A DNA stretch of 20,000 nucleotides, taken from NCBI GenBank assembly GCA_051941275.1, contig JAVEBF010000007.1:45252-65251 (forward strand), written 5' to 3'. The notes under the pieces were generated by a model that was not told the origin of the DNA, searched no databases, and saw nothing but the letters and a program-made list of their open reading frames with translations. The translations under genes were made by a program, and so were the position numbers. Source of the stretch: Dirinaria sp. TL-2023a. Its lineage: Eukaryota. Below are positions 10,147 through 20,000 of this stretch, piece after piece. The stretch's first letter is position 1. Every line of letters starts with the position of its first letter.

Positions 10147-10615
10147 CATCTAATCACAAATTGTGATAGCCGACGGCACTCTTGCGGAGATTGCTGCAAC
10201 TGACCGAACTTGTCAAGCCGTTGCATGTTCCCTTAGCGTTTAAGAAAGCCATACGAATGATAGTATTGACGCTCACCCGAAGAGCAAATTCTTCGAATGC
10301 ATGGTATATGGAGTTGGAAACGTGCTGCATGTAGGTATAACTTCTCTATTGTCCAGATAAAAGAGCGCTTTAATATATACCTTGATCTTAGCAGACAGCA
10401 GAATCCTCTGCAGATTACCAATTGCGCTCGAAGGTAGCTAGGACGATGGAGATTTGGCCACGCCAATGAAACGATGCCGGCAAGTTGCTCGATGATCCCT
10501 GCAGTTGCTTTACCGTGCCCGTGCTCCATGCAGCTTATATTGCCCGACCGATCCTAAGTTTTGCATCCCATCTCCAGGACTTTGTACATCTATTATCCAG
10601 GCAGACTCTTCCATT

Positions 10616-13063
10616 ATGAAATTCTTCGTCGGCCTAGCCCTAACGCTTTGTGTGCCGCTCGTTTCAACAGAGTCCAGGAGTGATCCTTCGCCGAATCAGT
10701 ATTGCTTTGCGGCGTGTCAAACTACCTTTAGTGGACAGAATTTCAGCGGCTCTCCATCGACCGCTGACGGAGATACTGCTGGAAACTGTGCAAATGCTCT
10801 CTTTGTGCGGTCAACTTTTCTCTGCGCCAAAGCCTACTGTCCGGATGACCAAGCTCGCGCGGGGTACGCCTACGCGAACGAACAATGCGAGTCGAGTGGA
10901 TACAGTCTTCCTAGTCTATCCATTGTGGACAATGTGACCATGGAAAATATCCAAACCATGCAAACTCTTCAATATGGAGACATTCCACCTGTGATCAATA
11001 GTACAATCATTCCATCTGCAGACCTCTTCCAACTTGGATTACGTACTATGGTAATCATTTCTTTTTCCGTGACTTACATCTCTGACTTAGCTTCAGGTGT
11101 GGTGGTACGGAGGCTTTGCAAATCATCTTTGGTATTCGTATGTAAGCCTTGCCATAACACGGATGAAAGCTGAAGTGGATTAGAAAGGCGATATTCATCT
11201 TCTGGGGTATCATTATCGGGCTCGGTACCGGAGGCAACCTCCTTTCTATCCTCAAAAGTAGGATACAGGCTCCAAACAACAAAGATCTTGAACGCCGAGC
11301 AATTTCTCAATCGGTGCCACCAGCTAGGCGCTTGTGGGACCAAATTCGTGCCCATTTCCTTCTACCAGCCTTGTACGGGAAGCGCTGTAACGAAGTAAAA
11401 TGGCAGGCGACTGTCCCACCTCGATCGGAATCCGTGGTCATCATCATGCACATTATTTTGAATGTAATCTTATGTGCCGTGTCATACTCCGCATTCTCTG
11501 GCAACCTTTACTGGGACAGCAGATCAATTCAGATCTGGCGCTTGTTCTCAGATCGTACTGGGTACATGGCGTACGCCAATTTTACTGTCTTCTTCGCGTT
11601 TGCTATCCGAAACAATATTCTGATATGGCTGACTGGATGGGAATTCCCGACTTTCAATCGGTTTCATCGCTGGGTTGCTCGCGTGGCTACTTTAGAGGCT
11701 CTGCTGCACTCGATTGGATACACTGTTTATGACCTCCTAGATAGTTTGGAGGCGTACCAGGCGGATTTTGCAAGCCGATACTGGTGAGTAGCAGAAATCT
11801 CGACCGATGAGTGGAACAAAACCCCGATTGATGAATTTGAGTTAATGAGTTTTAGGTGGACGGGCGTTATCGCCACAATTTGTATGTGTCTAGTGCTCGC
11901 GTTCTCGATTAAATGGCTGCGAGCCAGATCTTACGACGTCTTCTTGCTATTACACATCGCACTATCACTTACAACGCTCGTTTGCCTCTTTTACCACACC
12001 AAGATCTTCTATGGAAAGTATGACGGCTTTTTGTGGCCTTGCGTCGCCTTTTGGGGCTTCGACAGGCTTTGCCGTCTGGCACGTATCCTATATTTCACTC
12101 GCGGAGCCGATGTGGTGAGAACCATGGTGGATTTTGACGATGGAAGTGGAATAGTCCGCATTGATGCAACCAACACATTCCTACCGAGGAAAACCCCAGG
12201 AGGCGTTCATTTCTTTTTGTAAGGCCTGGCATCTTATGTGGATCACTTTCGCTGATACAAGGATAGATATTCCCCCTTCGCGCTGCTGGGATGGCAGAGT
12301 CACCCATTCACACTAGTGCGCTGGCTCGAGTCAGGCCAGTCTAGCACAGGTTCGGCGTCCCCAGCTTTGAGTACAAGTTTAGAGGAAAAGGGGCCGAGCG
12401 TGGAGAGTCCAGCTCAAGCACAACACACATCAATGCCGGAAGGCTCGCCAAGATATAGCTTCCTGGTGCGCCCGATGAACGGATACACTGCTCGGCTTCG
12501 TCGCAAGGTGATCGCAAACTCGGGGCCCGCGTCAATGAAGCTTCTTTACGAGGGGCCTTATGGAAAGGTCCCCAGGGTTGATCGCTTCGCCAACATCTCT
12601 CTGCTGATCGGTGGCAGCGGAATATCTGTTGGTATTTCGTATATCTACAAAGCTCTCGCCGGAAACCCTGAAACTGTGGTAAACCTTGTGTGGACCTGTA
12701 GAAAGTCGCCACTGTATATGGATTCCATCATGAACAAGGAGCTCAGGTCTGCGCTCGACACAGGTCGGCTGACGGTTGATGCGTAAGCAAGGCATCCTTT
12801 TTGTTTGCACGGACTGACGAGGACGTAGATTCTTCACCGGTGGCCCTTGGAAAATTAAAGAAATACCATGCAGAACCGTCTCAGAAGGTCGACCCGACAT
12901 AGCTACCGCGGTACACCACGCGATTACGCGACGGCGGGGATCATTGGCGGTGGTGGTTTGTGGACCAGCGTCGTTGATGGATGATGCGCGAGCTGCGTTT
13001 GTTTCTGAACTAAAGCATGGGGAGACTGATATCGAGCTTTTCTTGGAATCGTTCAACTGGTGA
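10616..13063 (+). CDS. Ferric/cupric reductase (FRE family flavocytochrome b), about 729 aa; exons 10616-11050, 11097-11137, 11184-11783, 11856-12218, 12267-12782, 12829-13063
   Basis: Signal peptide MKFFVGLALTLCVPLVST followed by a Cys-rich extracellular N-terminus. Also RNNILIWLTGW, heme-ligand His pairs FHRWVAR...LLHS and LHIALS...FYHT, FAD motif QSHPFT, EGPYG, LLIGGSGIS, VCGP and C-terminal ESFNW. Five GT-AG introns keep frame. Confidence 0.92.
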
Positions 13064-14323
13064 GAAGTTGCTCGAAACGGTCACCCTCGGATTACCGACT
13101 GGCAGATCAAGTTCGCAAGTCTTTCCTTGGGTGATCATGAGTGGATTCACATATTCTGAGCTGAGCGTTGCCTTGCAATGGCTTGACAAGTATTCCGTAT
13201 CATGATTTCCTTTTGGAACGTTATGCAGAAAATTACTTTTTGGATGATGATGCATCGTCTAGAAAGATTCTCGCAGATAAACACCGTGGAATCGGGGGCC
13301 GAGGTGTCACATTGATCTTTCACTCGTTCTGTTATTAGAGTGCCATAGCAGCATTAGGGATCCAAGGATCCAGTTCTGCGAGACTATCTTTCATACCATC
13401 ATAAGGTTTCTTGTTTTGCCATGTCATACAACTTGACATATCACATAGCTTTTGATACTGATTGAACCTTATTCAGTTTTCACTTTTTAGTATTTGGTTC
13501 AGTCTTGACCTCTTGCTTCTCGCAACACGTTTCCGTCTATCAATATATTAGAAATTATTGAACTGGGTGACCTTATGGAGGTCGCATAACGTTCTATTCT
13601 TCATACTTCTATGTGTGTAAGTTGGTTATTTACATGGCAACCTTTATGTGCGGAGGTCTATACCCCGATTGGGCCTAGTGCCCTCTCTGCCGGGTATGCC
13701 CTATGCCGCTCACTTTCTAATAGAAATAACATTGACTATTAAAATCTGTCTAGAGGCATTCTAGGTGCCCGCATAGACATTAGGTATTTCCCTAATTGAT
13801 TGCCACAAAGGCGAAAATTATGAAAGACATCAAAGAAAAATATCTAGCACCCATGATACAACATAGTAAACATCATGTGTTGGTTAACCCTGGGCCTCTC
13901 GGGCAATCCTCGTTTCAGCCCTATTATAAGGCTAATATCCAACACTGGCTCTCATATTCTCTTCTGACGTCTTGGATCTTTAACGACTTGTCTATTTGAC
14001 AGTGGTACTATGGTGGCGAACCAGTCCATAGTTTTTTCGTCAAATCGTCTTTGCTTGAAACCCGCATTCTGTCAGGACGGAACAACGACTGACTATACTT
14101 GATTTCGAGGTATCAAAAGGGTGGAATGTACTAGATGAAAATGAGAAGTTGGGAGATATTGGAAATTGACATTTTCGATGAAGTCGAGGGGAGAAATATC
14201 AGTAGATTCTGGCACCTTAACTACAAATATCCATGCGAAATCCCAACTGTAGAGCGATGATCTGGTGGCAGTGGAATTTTGCAACAAATTTCTTCTCCTC
14301 GCCATCGCTCGGCCCAACAGCCA

Positions 14324-14949
14324 TCAGCCGCGAGTCTCGCTAACATTATGTTTTCCCGCATTCAGACCAAAGCCCAACATGTGCGCCTTCTTCTGACTAA
14401 GCTCAGTCATATTCGCATAGAGCTGCCCATTGTGAGATTCTCTTGCTAGCTGATACTCCGTTCCATTGATGACGTGGAAGTGCTTGTCGAACACGACTGT
14501 TCCACCGCCGGGCGGGCTCCGCTTGCTGTTCCGGAAGGGATACCACTTACTCCCCGCAAAGCCTACGGTGCCGTCCTGATTGTGGCATCCTGTTGCCAAC
14601 TGACCGAGAGGGTTCCTACACTCGAAGCCGACCGGGCCAGTAAACGGCTGAACCTGGACGCCCACGCCAGGCCACGCTTGGGTAGACTCGTACTCGGTGC
14701 CCGGCACACCTGCGCAGCAGGTATCGAGGTTGATGTTGGTGCATTTGACGCCATTGCTAGGGTCAATAGTGCCCTCAACGGGATCAAAGGGTTGGCAACC
14801 CGTGTTGACATAGAGGTAGAGATCGTTCTGAGCTTTGACTAGGAGACCGCCGAAGAGTGTGAATACTGCAAGTCAGAATACCGTTAGTATGTGGTGGTCA
14901 TAGAAATGGCCACAGTAGAAGGTTACTACGAACCGAGTCCAGTCTTCAT
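14324..14949 (-). CDS. Small secreted Cys-containing protein of unknown function, 185 aa; join complement(14934..14949,14324..14865)
   Basis: ATG at 14949 and a 68-nt GTTCGT..CTAAC/CTGAC..CAG intron give MKTGLVFTLFGGLLVKA-QNDLYLYVNTGCQP...CTNINLDTCC...: a signal-peptide-like N-terminus, 6 Cys and an internal KR site. Confidence 0.8.
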
Positions 14950-16269
14950 GGTGGAGAGATAAAACCGTCTAAGTATCGTGGATTGAAGTGGTTGAAATGA
15001 AGAGATGTTGGGATTTTGATTGTGAGTTGTGAGTAGGATGTCTGGAAAATGGGTTATGTGCGATGCAGGGCTTGAGTTGGAGTTCTGGGGGTTCGGCTGC
15101 TCATTATATAGATTTTTCTTGCCATAGCTGTCGAAGTAATCGTTTTCCAAGTTATGATATCAACTCTCCAACATACTTCCACACGTCGATCTCGGAAGAT
15201 CAGCTGTGCTGAGTCTTCTGACGTATATTTTGGGCAGACGTATATTGTTGGGTATCCAGGAAGTTACCAATAGTGGTACGAAACACGAAGGCCATGATAT
15301 CAATATCCAGAGTGGAGGCTGATGGGAATTCGAACAGTGATGGTGAAACACCGCGTGATGATCATGTTGGCTGTGCCATAGATCGTACAGCCTTAGATGC
15401 TCGAAGAACAAGTTTTCAGCGTGCTGTTCTCGATAATTTAGAAGTCCCGCAGAAGGCTGAGCAGGCCTTGACAGCGATCATGTGCCAAAGAGGTAAGAAA
15501 CGCTTTTTCCACTCGATAACTGAAAATTGGACTGCTGTAGTTGATCTACGTAGCATCATCCTTAAATCTGCGAGAAATTTATGTGCACCTACTGATGACA
15601 GAGGAACAGGTAAAAGTAGCGCTCGGGCCGAGCGCTAAGTTCGTGAATTTTCCCGAAAATGTTGGCCTTGATCGATCTAGTGTTTCGAACCTTCTACTTA
15701 GACGCGCGAGAGCGAAACGGGGCTCAACTAAGTCGTCGATCTACGTTGATTTCCAAGGTTTACTGTTTAAGCTTTGTACATCCACAGGCTGTGCTGAGAC
15801 TACGTCTTCGCGATTTTTCCCTTCTCTGATAATAACCTGCTCGATCGGTTCATATAGCTTCGCGCATTCGCAGACACAGCCCTTCTTGTCGTCGGGCCTT
15901 CGAGAATGACGCCGCTGGTTTTCGAAAACCATACCATTAAGTATGGCTAGAGAGTGTGAATCCCTGTTAGCGATTCCAGATTTGTCCTTGGTCGTGGAGT
16001 CTTAAATAGCATGGTGGAATCTGTGAGGTAACGGGCATGCCTGGTAAGGCTTCTGAACTTTCGACTCGGCAGTAACAAGACGGCTTTCGTTGGCTGAAGC
16101 GCCATGCAAGACATCACCATTCCAACATTCTGCCCTGATTAGTATGACTGATGGCTGTGTCGGTTTAATCCATGACGTAGTTTAGGGATAGCTATTCTCC
16201 CATCGTCATCAGCACTCAGCTTGAATATAAGAAGGGGCCGTCGTCCGCGATTTCAACGTTGGGATCACA

Positions 16270-16307
16270 AGCAGCAATTTCCATTACCAGCAGCAACTTC
16301 CATTATC
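16270..16307 (+). repeat. Tandem 19-bp duplication in the probable 5' UTR of the small Cys-rich gene
   Basis: AGCAGCAATTTCCATTACC followed directly by AGCAGCAACTTCCATTATC (2 mismatches). Confidence 0.7.
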
Positions 16308-16398
16308 AGCGTCAAGCAACTCATTCAATCACGAACCGCAACACTCTATAATCGCCATCTTCTTTGACTCTGCGAACCGACCTTCGATATCGTTCAGA

Positions 16399-16701
16399 AT
16401 GCATTCATCCACCATCTTAACCTTCCTCTCTGCCGTCGCACTTCTCTCCACTGGCGCAATGGCAACAGTCAAGGAGAATAGCAAATGCCAATCCCAAGAG
16501 AATGGCGTTCGAACTTGCTCCGACAACCTTTACGATATTGTAAGCCCGTTCAAAAACTGCCTTCCGTTGACAACGCATCAGCAAAGCCACCTACTGACAC
16601 CCATGCAGGTCGAATGCGACGGAAATAACTGGGCTTACCAATGCCACTGTGGCCAGCCGAGCTGTATCAACGGTGCATGTTCGGACTGCAACGGAAATTA
16701 A
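16399..16701 (+). CDS. Small secreted 8-Cys protein (effector-like), 77 aa; exons 16399-16539 and 16609-16701
   Basis: Signal peptide MHSSTILTFLSAVALLSTGAMA; 69-nt GTAAGC..CTGAC..CAG intron; mature peptide of about 55 aa with 8 Cys; TATA-like TATAAG about 170 bp upstream. Confidence 0.85.
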   Translation: MHSSTILTFLSAVALLSTGAMATVKENSKCQSQENGVRTCSDNLYDIVSPFKNCLPLTTHQQSHLLTPMQVECDGNNWAYQCHCGQPSCINGACSDCNGN

Positions 16702-17813
16702 GTCGGCGAGATCTCGGATCAAGGGCGGGCCAGAGGGAAATGTGACTTGATGAAAGAGGCTTGTGGCGCGAGGTGGAGAAAACTGTATCTTGTAATTACC
16801 TCGGTCCCTCTTTTGAATATCTATCCTCGTTCCATCTTGTAGACTGTCAATGTTCTACGTTGAATCGGCATTCCCTTACTTATTTCCCTGGCGAGCGCGC
16901 AGTCTTCTCTAGGGACCTTGGATGTGGGAAGACATAAACTGGCAGACGCAATTAATGACAATATCGAAGCACAACACACCCCCACGCAGTGACACTTTCT
17001 TTCCAGCAAAAATAAAGCGAGCGGAGATGACGTTCTTGGACACTATTTATAGATCTGGCTAGTGTTTTGGCCAATCATAATACTACTTCATCTTTGAACG
17101 TCGGTCGTTACTACTTTCGGTTAGTTTCGCGAAATTACGTTTGATCGCAACAGGGAAAATTCTCGCTGAACTCTGGACAAACGAACAATAAAACACAGCA
17201 ATGCATCTTTCTGTCGTCATAAACATACTTTGAACTTACAATCTCGACTAGTCGCAGTTTGGGCCAGGCTACTATTTCTTAAGCGCTGTTTCGACATTAA
17301 GAAGTTAAGGTAGTACCTGGATTCTTTAGTCAACTTAGGATTTTCGCATGGTCGATGATGAATGGAGTGATAACAAGTCGCATGACGTCAAACTTCCCAC
17401 TACAAGGAGAAGCGACTCGCGATTCCAGATTGATTTTGTTAGAGCCAGGGCACGCTGGCTTATTAAAGTTGACAGGTAAACTCTCAATCCCATGAGCTCA
17501 TTTGAGGCCCCTGGACAAGGTTAGGATTGGGACATCCTCGGAAATTTGTTACAGAACGATGTGGCCAATACTTTGACAAGCATCAATATGGCTCTAACTT
17601 TAAGAGCCCTTTCAGAGGCATTTTGGAGCCATTATATCTAGCTGTTTGATTTGTACCCGATAAATCCGCACATTTTCCTTTCCGCCAACTGTTGTTTGTT
17701 AGAGATCGAAGAGAAGTAATAACATCGTGCAGAAGAAAAGGTAAGCTTAGCGTCCATACCGCATCTAGTGTGTGTACAAAGCGAGCAATCATTGCAGAGA
17801 TTGTAATCATGCC

Positions 17814-18764
17814 TCACAATAAAAGCACCGTCGGAATCAGCATTGCCAAGCCTAGAGCGCTTCCTGTCACGACGGTCGCTACTCCTGACGGGGCACCACC
17901 CGTAAAAGGCGATGGCGATGGGCTACTTGGCGCTGTAGTGTTTCCAGACGCATTCAGCGGATTAGTATGGTTCTCGAAGATGCCTCCAACGGGTTGACAA
18001 AGTTTCTGCGCCAAAGCGGATTCCCCTATGATTAACAGATCAGCTTTCCAGATCACAAACGGACGTAGAGCTAAAGACATCTCACTGATTAGGTCGTCTA
18101 GGCTGCAAGTAGCATGCTCGCATGTATCGATTGCCGTCACTGCAGGGTTGCCAAGACAGATGCATGCTCTGCTTGAGAGGGTGCCGCAACCGCCGAAGCC
18201 GTACTGTTGCTGACATTGTTGCTGCAGACAAATAAGAGTCCTGACTTATGGATACGGGATTGCACAACTCACCGCGCATCGGGGATAATTAGAGACCTCC
18301 GTCGGGTCTCTGCCAGCAGTGGCATCAATCGCAAGCGGCGTCGCCGACGCTATCGCGGCCGAGACCGCCGAGCTGAGAGTCGCATTGCTACTGTACAAAG
18401 GACCGCAGGCTTCTTGAGACAGTGCGTTCGTCTCTGGGCGACTTTCGTCAGAACCATCTTCTGCATTGAATAAGCATTTACATACTTTGTCTGTCTTGCG
18501 TGTTGCAGAGTACAGCTTGACACGCCGATGTCGAGGCTCGGAACGATGAAGAGCATAGTTGGTTTAGGTCGCTCGCATTTGATAATCCAATTTGCAGCTG
18601 ATATTGACAGGATTGCTGGATTCGTCAACAAAGTATTTAATATAGTGTATTCTGGAACTTACGGCGCAGATGGGAAAATCAGTAAGACTCTGCGCGGATG
18701 AAGTCGCGATCAGGCTTATTGCCACGATTGCTGAGCGAAGTCCCATACTAATACTCATGGTCAT
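17814..18764 (-). CDS. GPI-anchored cell-surface protein with two CFEM-like domains, about 246 aa; exons 18764-18663, 18615-18486, 18433-18273, 18221-18086, 18025-17814
   Basis: Signal peptide, then domain 1 (PICAQSC...DLNQLC...C....C...QEAC) and domain 2 (PRCAQQC...GC.......CIC...........C....C...............C). These are followed by a Ser/Pro/Thr linker, FTGGA and a hydrophobic C-terminal tail. Four GT-AG introns keep frame. The start could be Met1, Met3 or Met7. Confidence 0.88.
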
Positions 18765-20000
18765 ACGGTGATGGAGATTCTCTCTTGAGAATTTGTAGAT
18801 TGAGAGTGGTGGAGGTCATGCTCATTTGTAACATCAGGGTGGCGGTTGGTGCAGTTTAAAGTTTTGTCGCATATATCGTAGCCTGGACCAACCATTTCCG
18901 GTGCACGATGAGTTCATGCTGCATTTTGCGTCAAAATCGTCAACGATATCCGTTTCTGCCAGGGGATTATGCAGGCAAACTCTTCCGGGGGACGACTCCG
19001 TCGAGGCCACCCTGATTCATTTCGCCTGCGGCGATTCCTGTCGGAGGGACCTTCCTAACCGATTGCGACAAGGGAGTCGGCGAAAATTGACAACGGACCC
19101 TGATTAAGTCGAAAATGCTGGACAACAAAGTCAGGTGGAAGCATAGAAAGACTCAACGGACTTGGTGGAGTCGTTTTGGGATCCAGATGTCTGTGACGGA
19201 AGATTTGGTCGTGGAAGGTACTCGGTCTGAACATCAACAGGGTATTGACGACCTTCTTTGGCTGTGTTGTATTCTGATGTGGATGAATACGTGACGATTT
19301 TGGCTGATTTGTATCTGTCGAGTGGCGAATACCGAGATGAAAAAACGACTCGAAAGGAGAAAGCGGTCTTGGGTTGAGGGGACGACGTCGACGTACGAAT
19401 CACGATGATGTCGAGCAGCGCAACCATGACGCCTTTGATCACAGCGTACGACGCTAATCTCGAGAGGCAGACGTGGTTTCAATCACCTCCGAAACAATCG
19501 TCGTCGATAGTCGTTGTCGGAATGATCGGTCGACACGATCAGAAACAGTGGTCGCGAGTAAAATTACAATCGTTTTGAGGACAACCTCAGTACAATCGTT
19601 TCGAAAGCAACACAAGTTCCCAGAGCAATTTGATTTAGAAACAATGTTCATCAAAAATCAGGCACCGATAGGGAACCGCATTGTATGTCCAGGTACTTGC
19701 CGAAGAAGTCCATGTACTTGTGTGTCCAGATGGGAATAGATCTTTGTAAAACCGGGACCGGGTGGACCGGTTCGCGACCAAGAATGTGGAAAGTAGTTGA
19801 CGAAAACGGTTAGCCTCCGCAAGATGGCAGTCCTCGGAAACGCTAGTGCTCAGAGTAATAGGTAATGGATAATAGATATAGGCAGTGGCCCGGATAGTAT
19901 ACATGGCAGTCCGCAGAATGGCAGTCCGCGGATAGGTAAACCGCAGGGCTCCGGGTAATAGTAATATCGGGTATATAGTAACCCACAATTCCTCGCTTTT

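Noticed and set aside
10505..10615. TTG-started N-terminal extension of the ferric reductase ORF
   Set aside because: The signal peptide starts at the ATG at 10616; the extension is an artefact of allowing alternative start codons.
13250..14300. Relatively AT-rich stretch with short ORFs, possibly a decayed gene or transposon relic
   Set aside because: No recognisable domain, terminal repeat or consistent reading frame.
14563..14811. ORF containing KRGLAW, reminiscent of a GH128 glucanase N-terminus
   Set aside because: It is an alternative frame of the secreted-protein gene and has no GH128 catalytic motifs.
15273..15909. Overlapping ORFs of about 120 aa with splice-like signals
   Set aside because: Non-ATG starts and no recognisable motifs; I could not build a coherent gene model.
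18900..20000. Several 60-117 aa ORFs on both strands
   Set aside because: No domain similarity that I can recognise and no consistent exon chain.

Overview
Eukaryotic, intron-rich DNA that looks like a filamentous ascomycete (42-72 nt GT-AG introns with CTRAC/CTAAT branch points). The left 13 kb is a compact candidate biosynthetic cluster with no NRPS/PKS/terpene backbone gene in view. In order it encodes: a 5'-truncated beta-lactamase/serine-hydrolase-like protein whose SxxK nucleophile is Thr; an ATP-grasp ligase; a POT/PTR peptide transporter with a degenerate ExxER motif; a PNPOx/NimA-like split-barrel flavoprotein; a cystathionine gamma-synthase-like PLP enzyme; and a ferric reductase. 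Three perfect ATCTGATAA (SreA-type iron-repressor) motifs lie in the ATP-grasp/POT divergent promoter and upstream of the ferric reductase, and CGG-type motifs are shared between the two divergent promoters. Together this suggests an iron-regulated pathway that makes a non-proteinogenic amino acid peptide, possibly a metallophore (inference). The right 7 kb carries two small secreted Cys-rich proteins and a GPI-anchored tandem-CFEM protein. Gene models were spliced by hand and family calls come from motif recognition; no database search was run.
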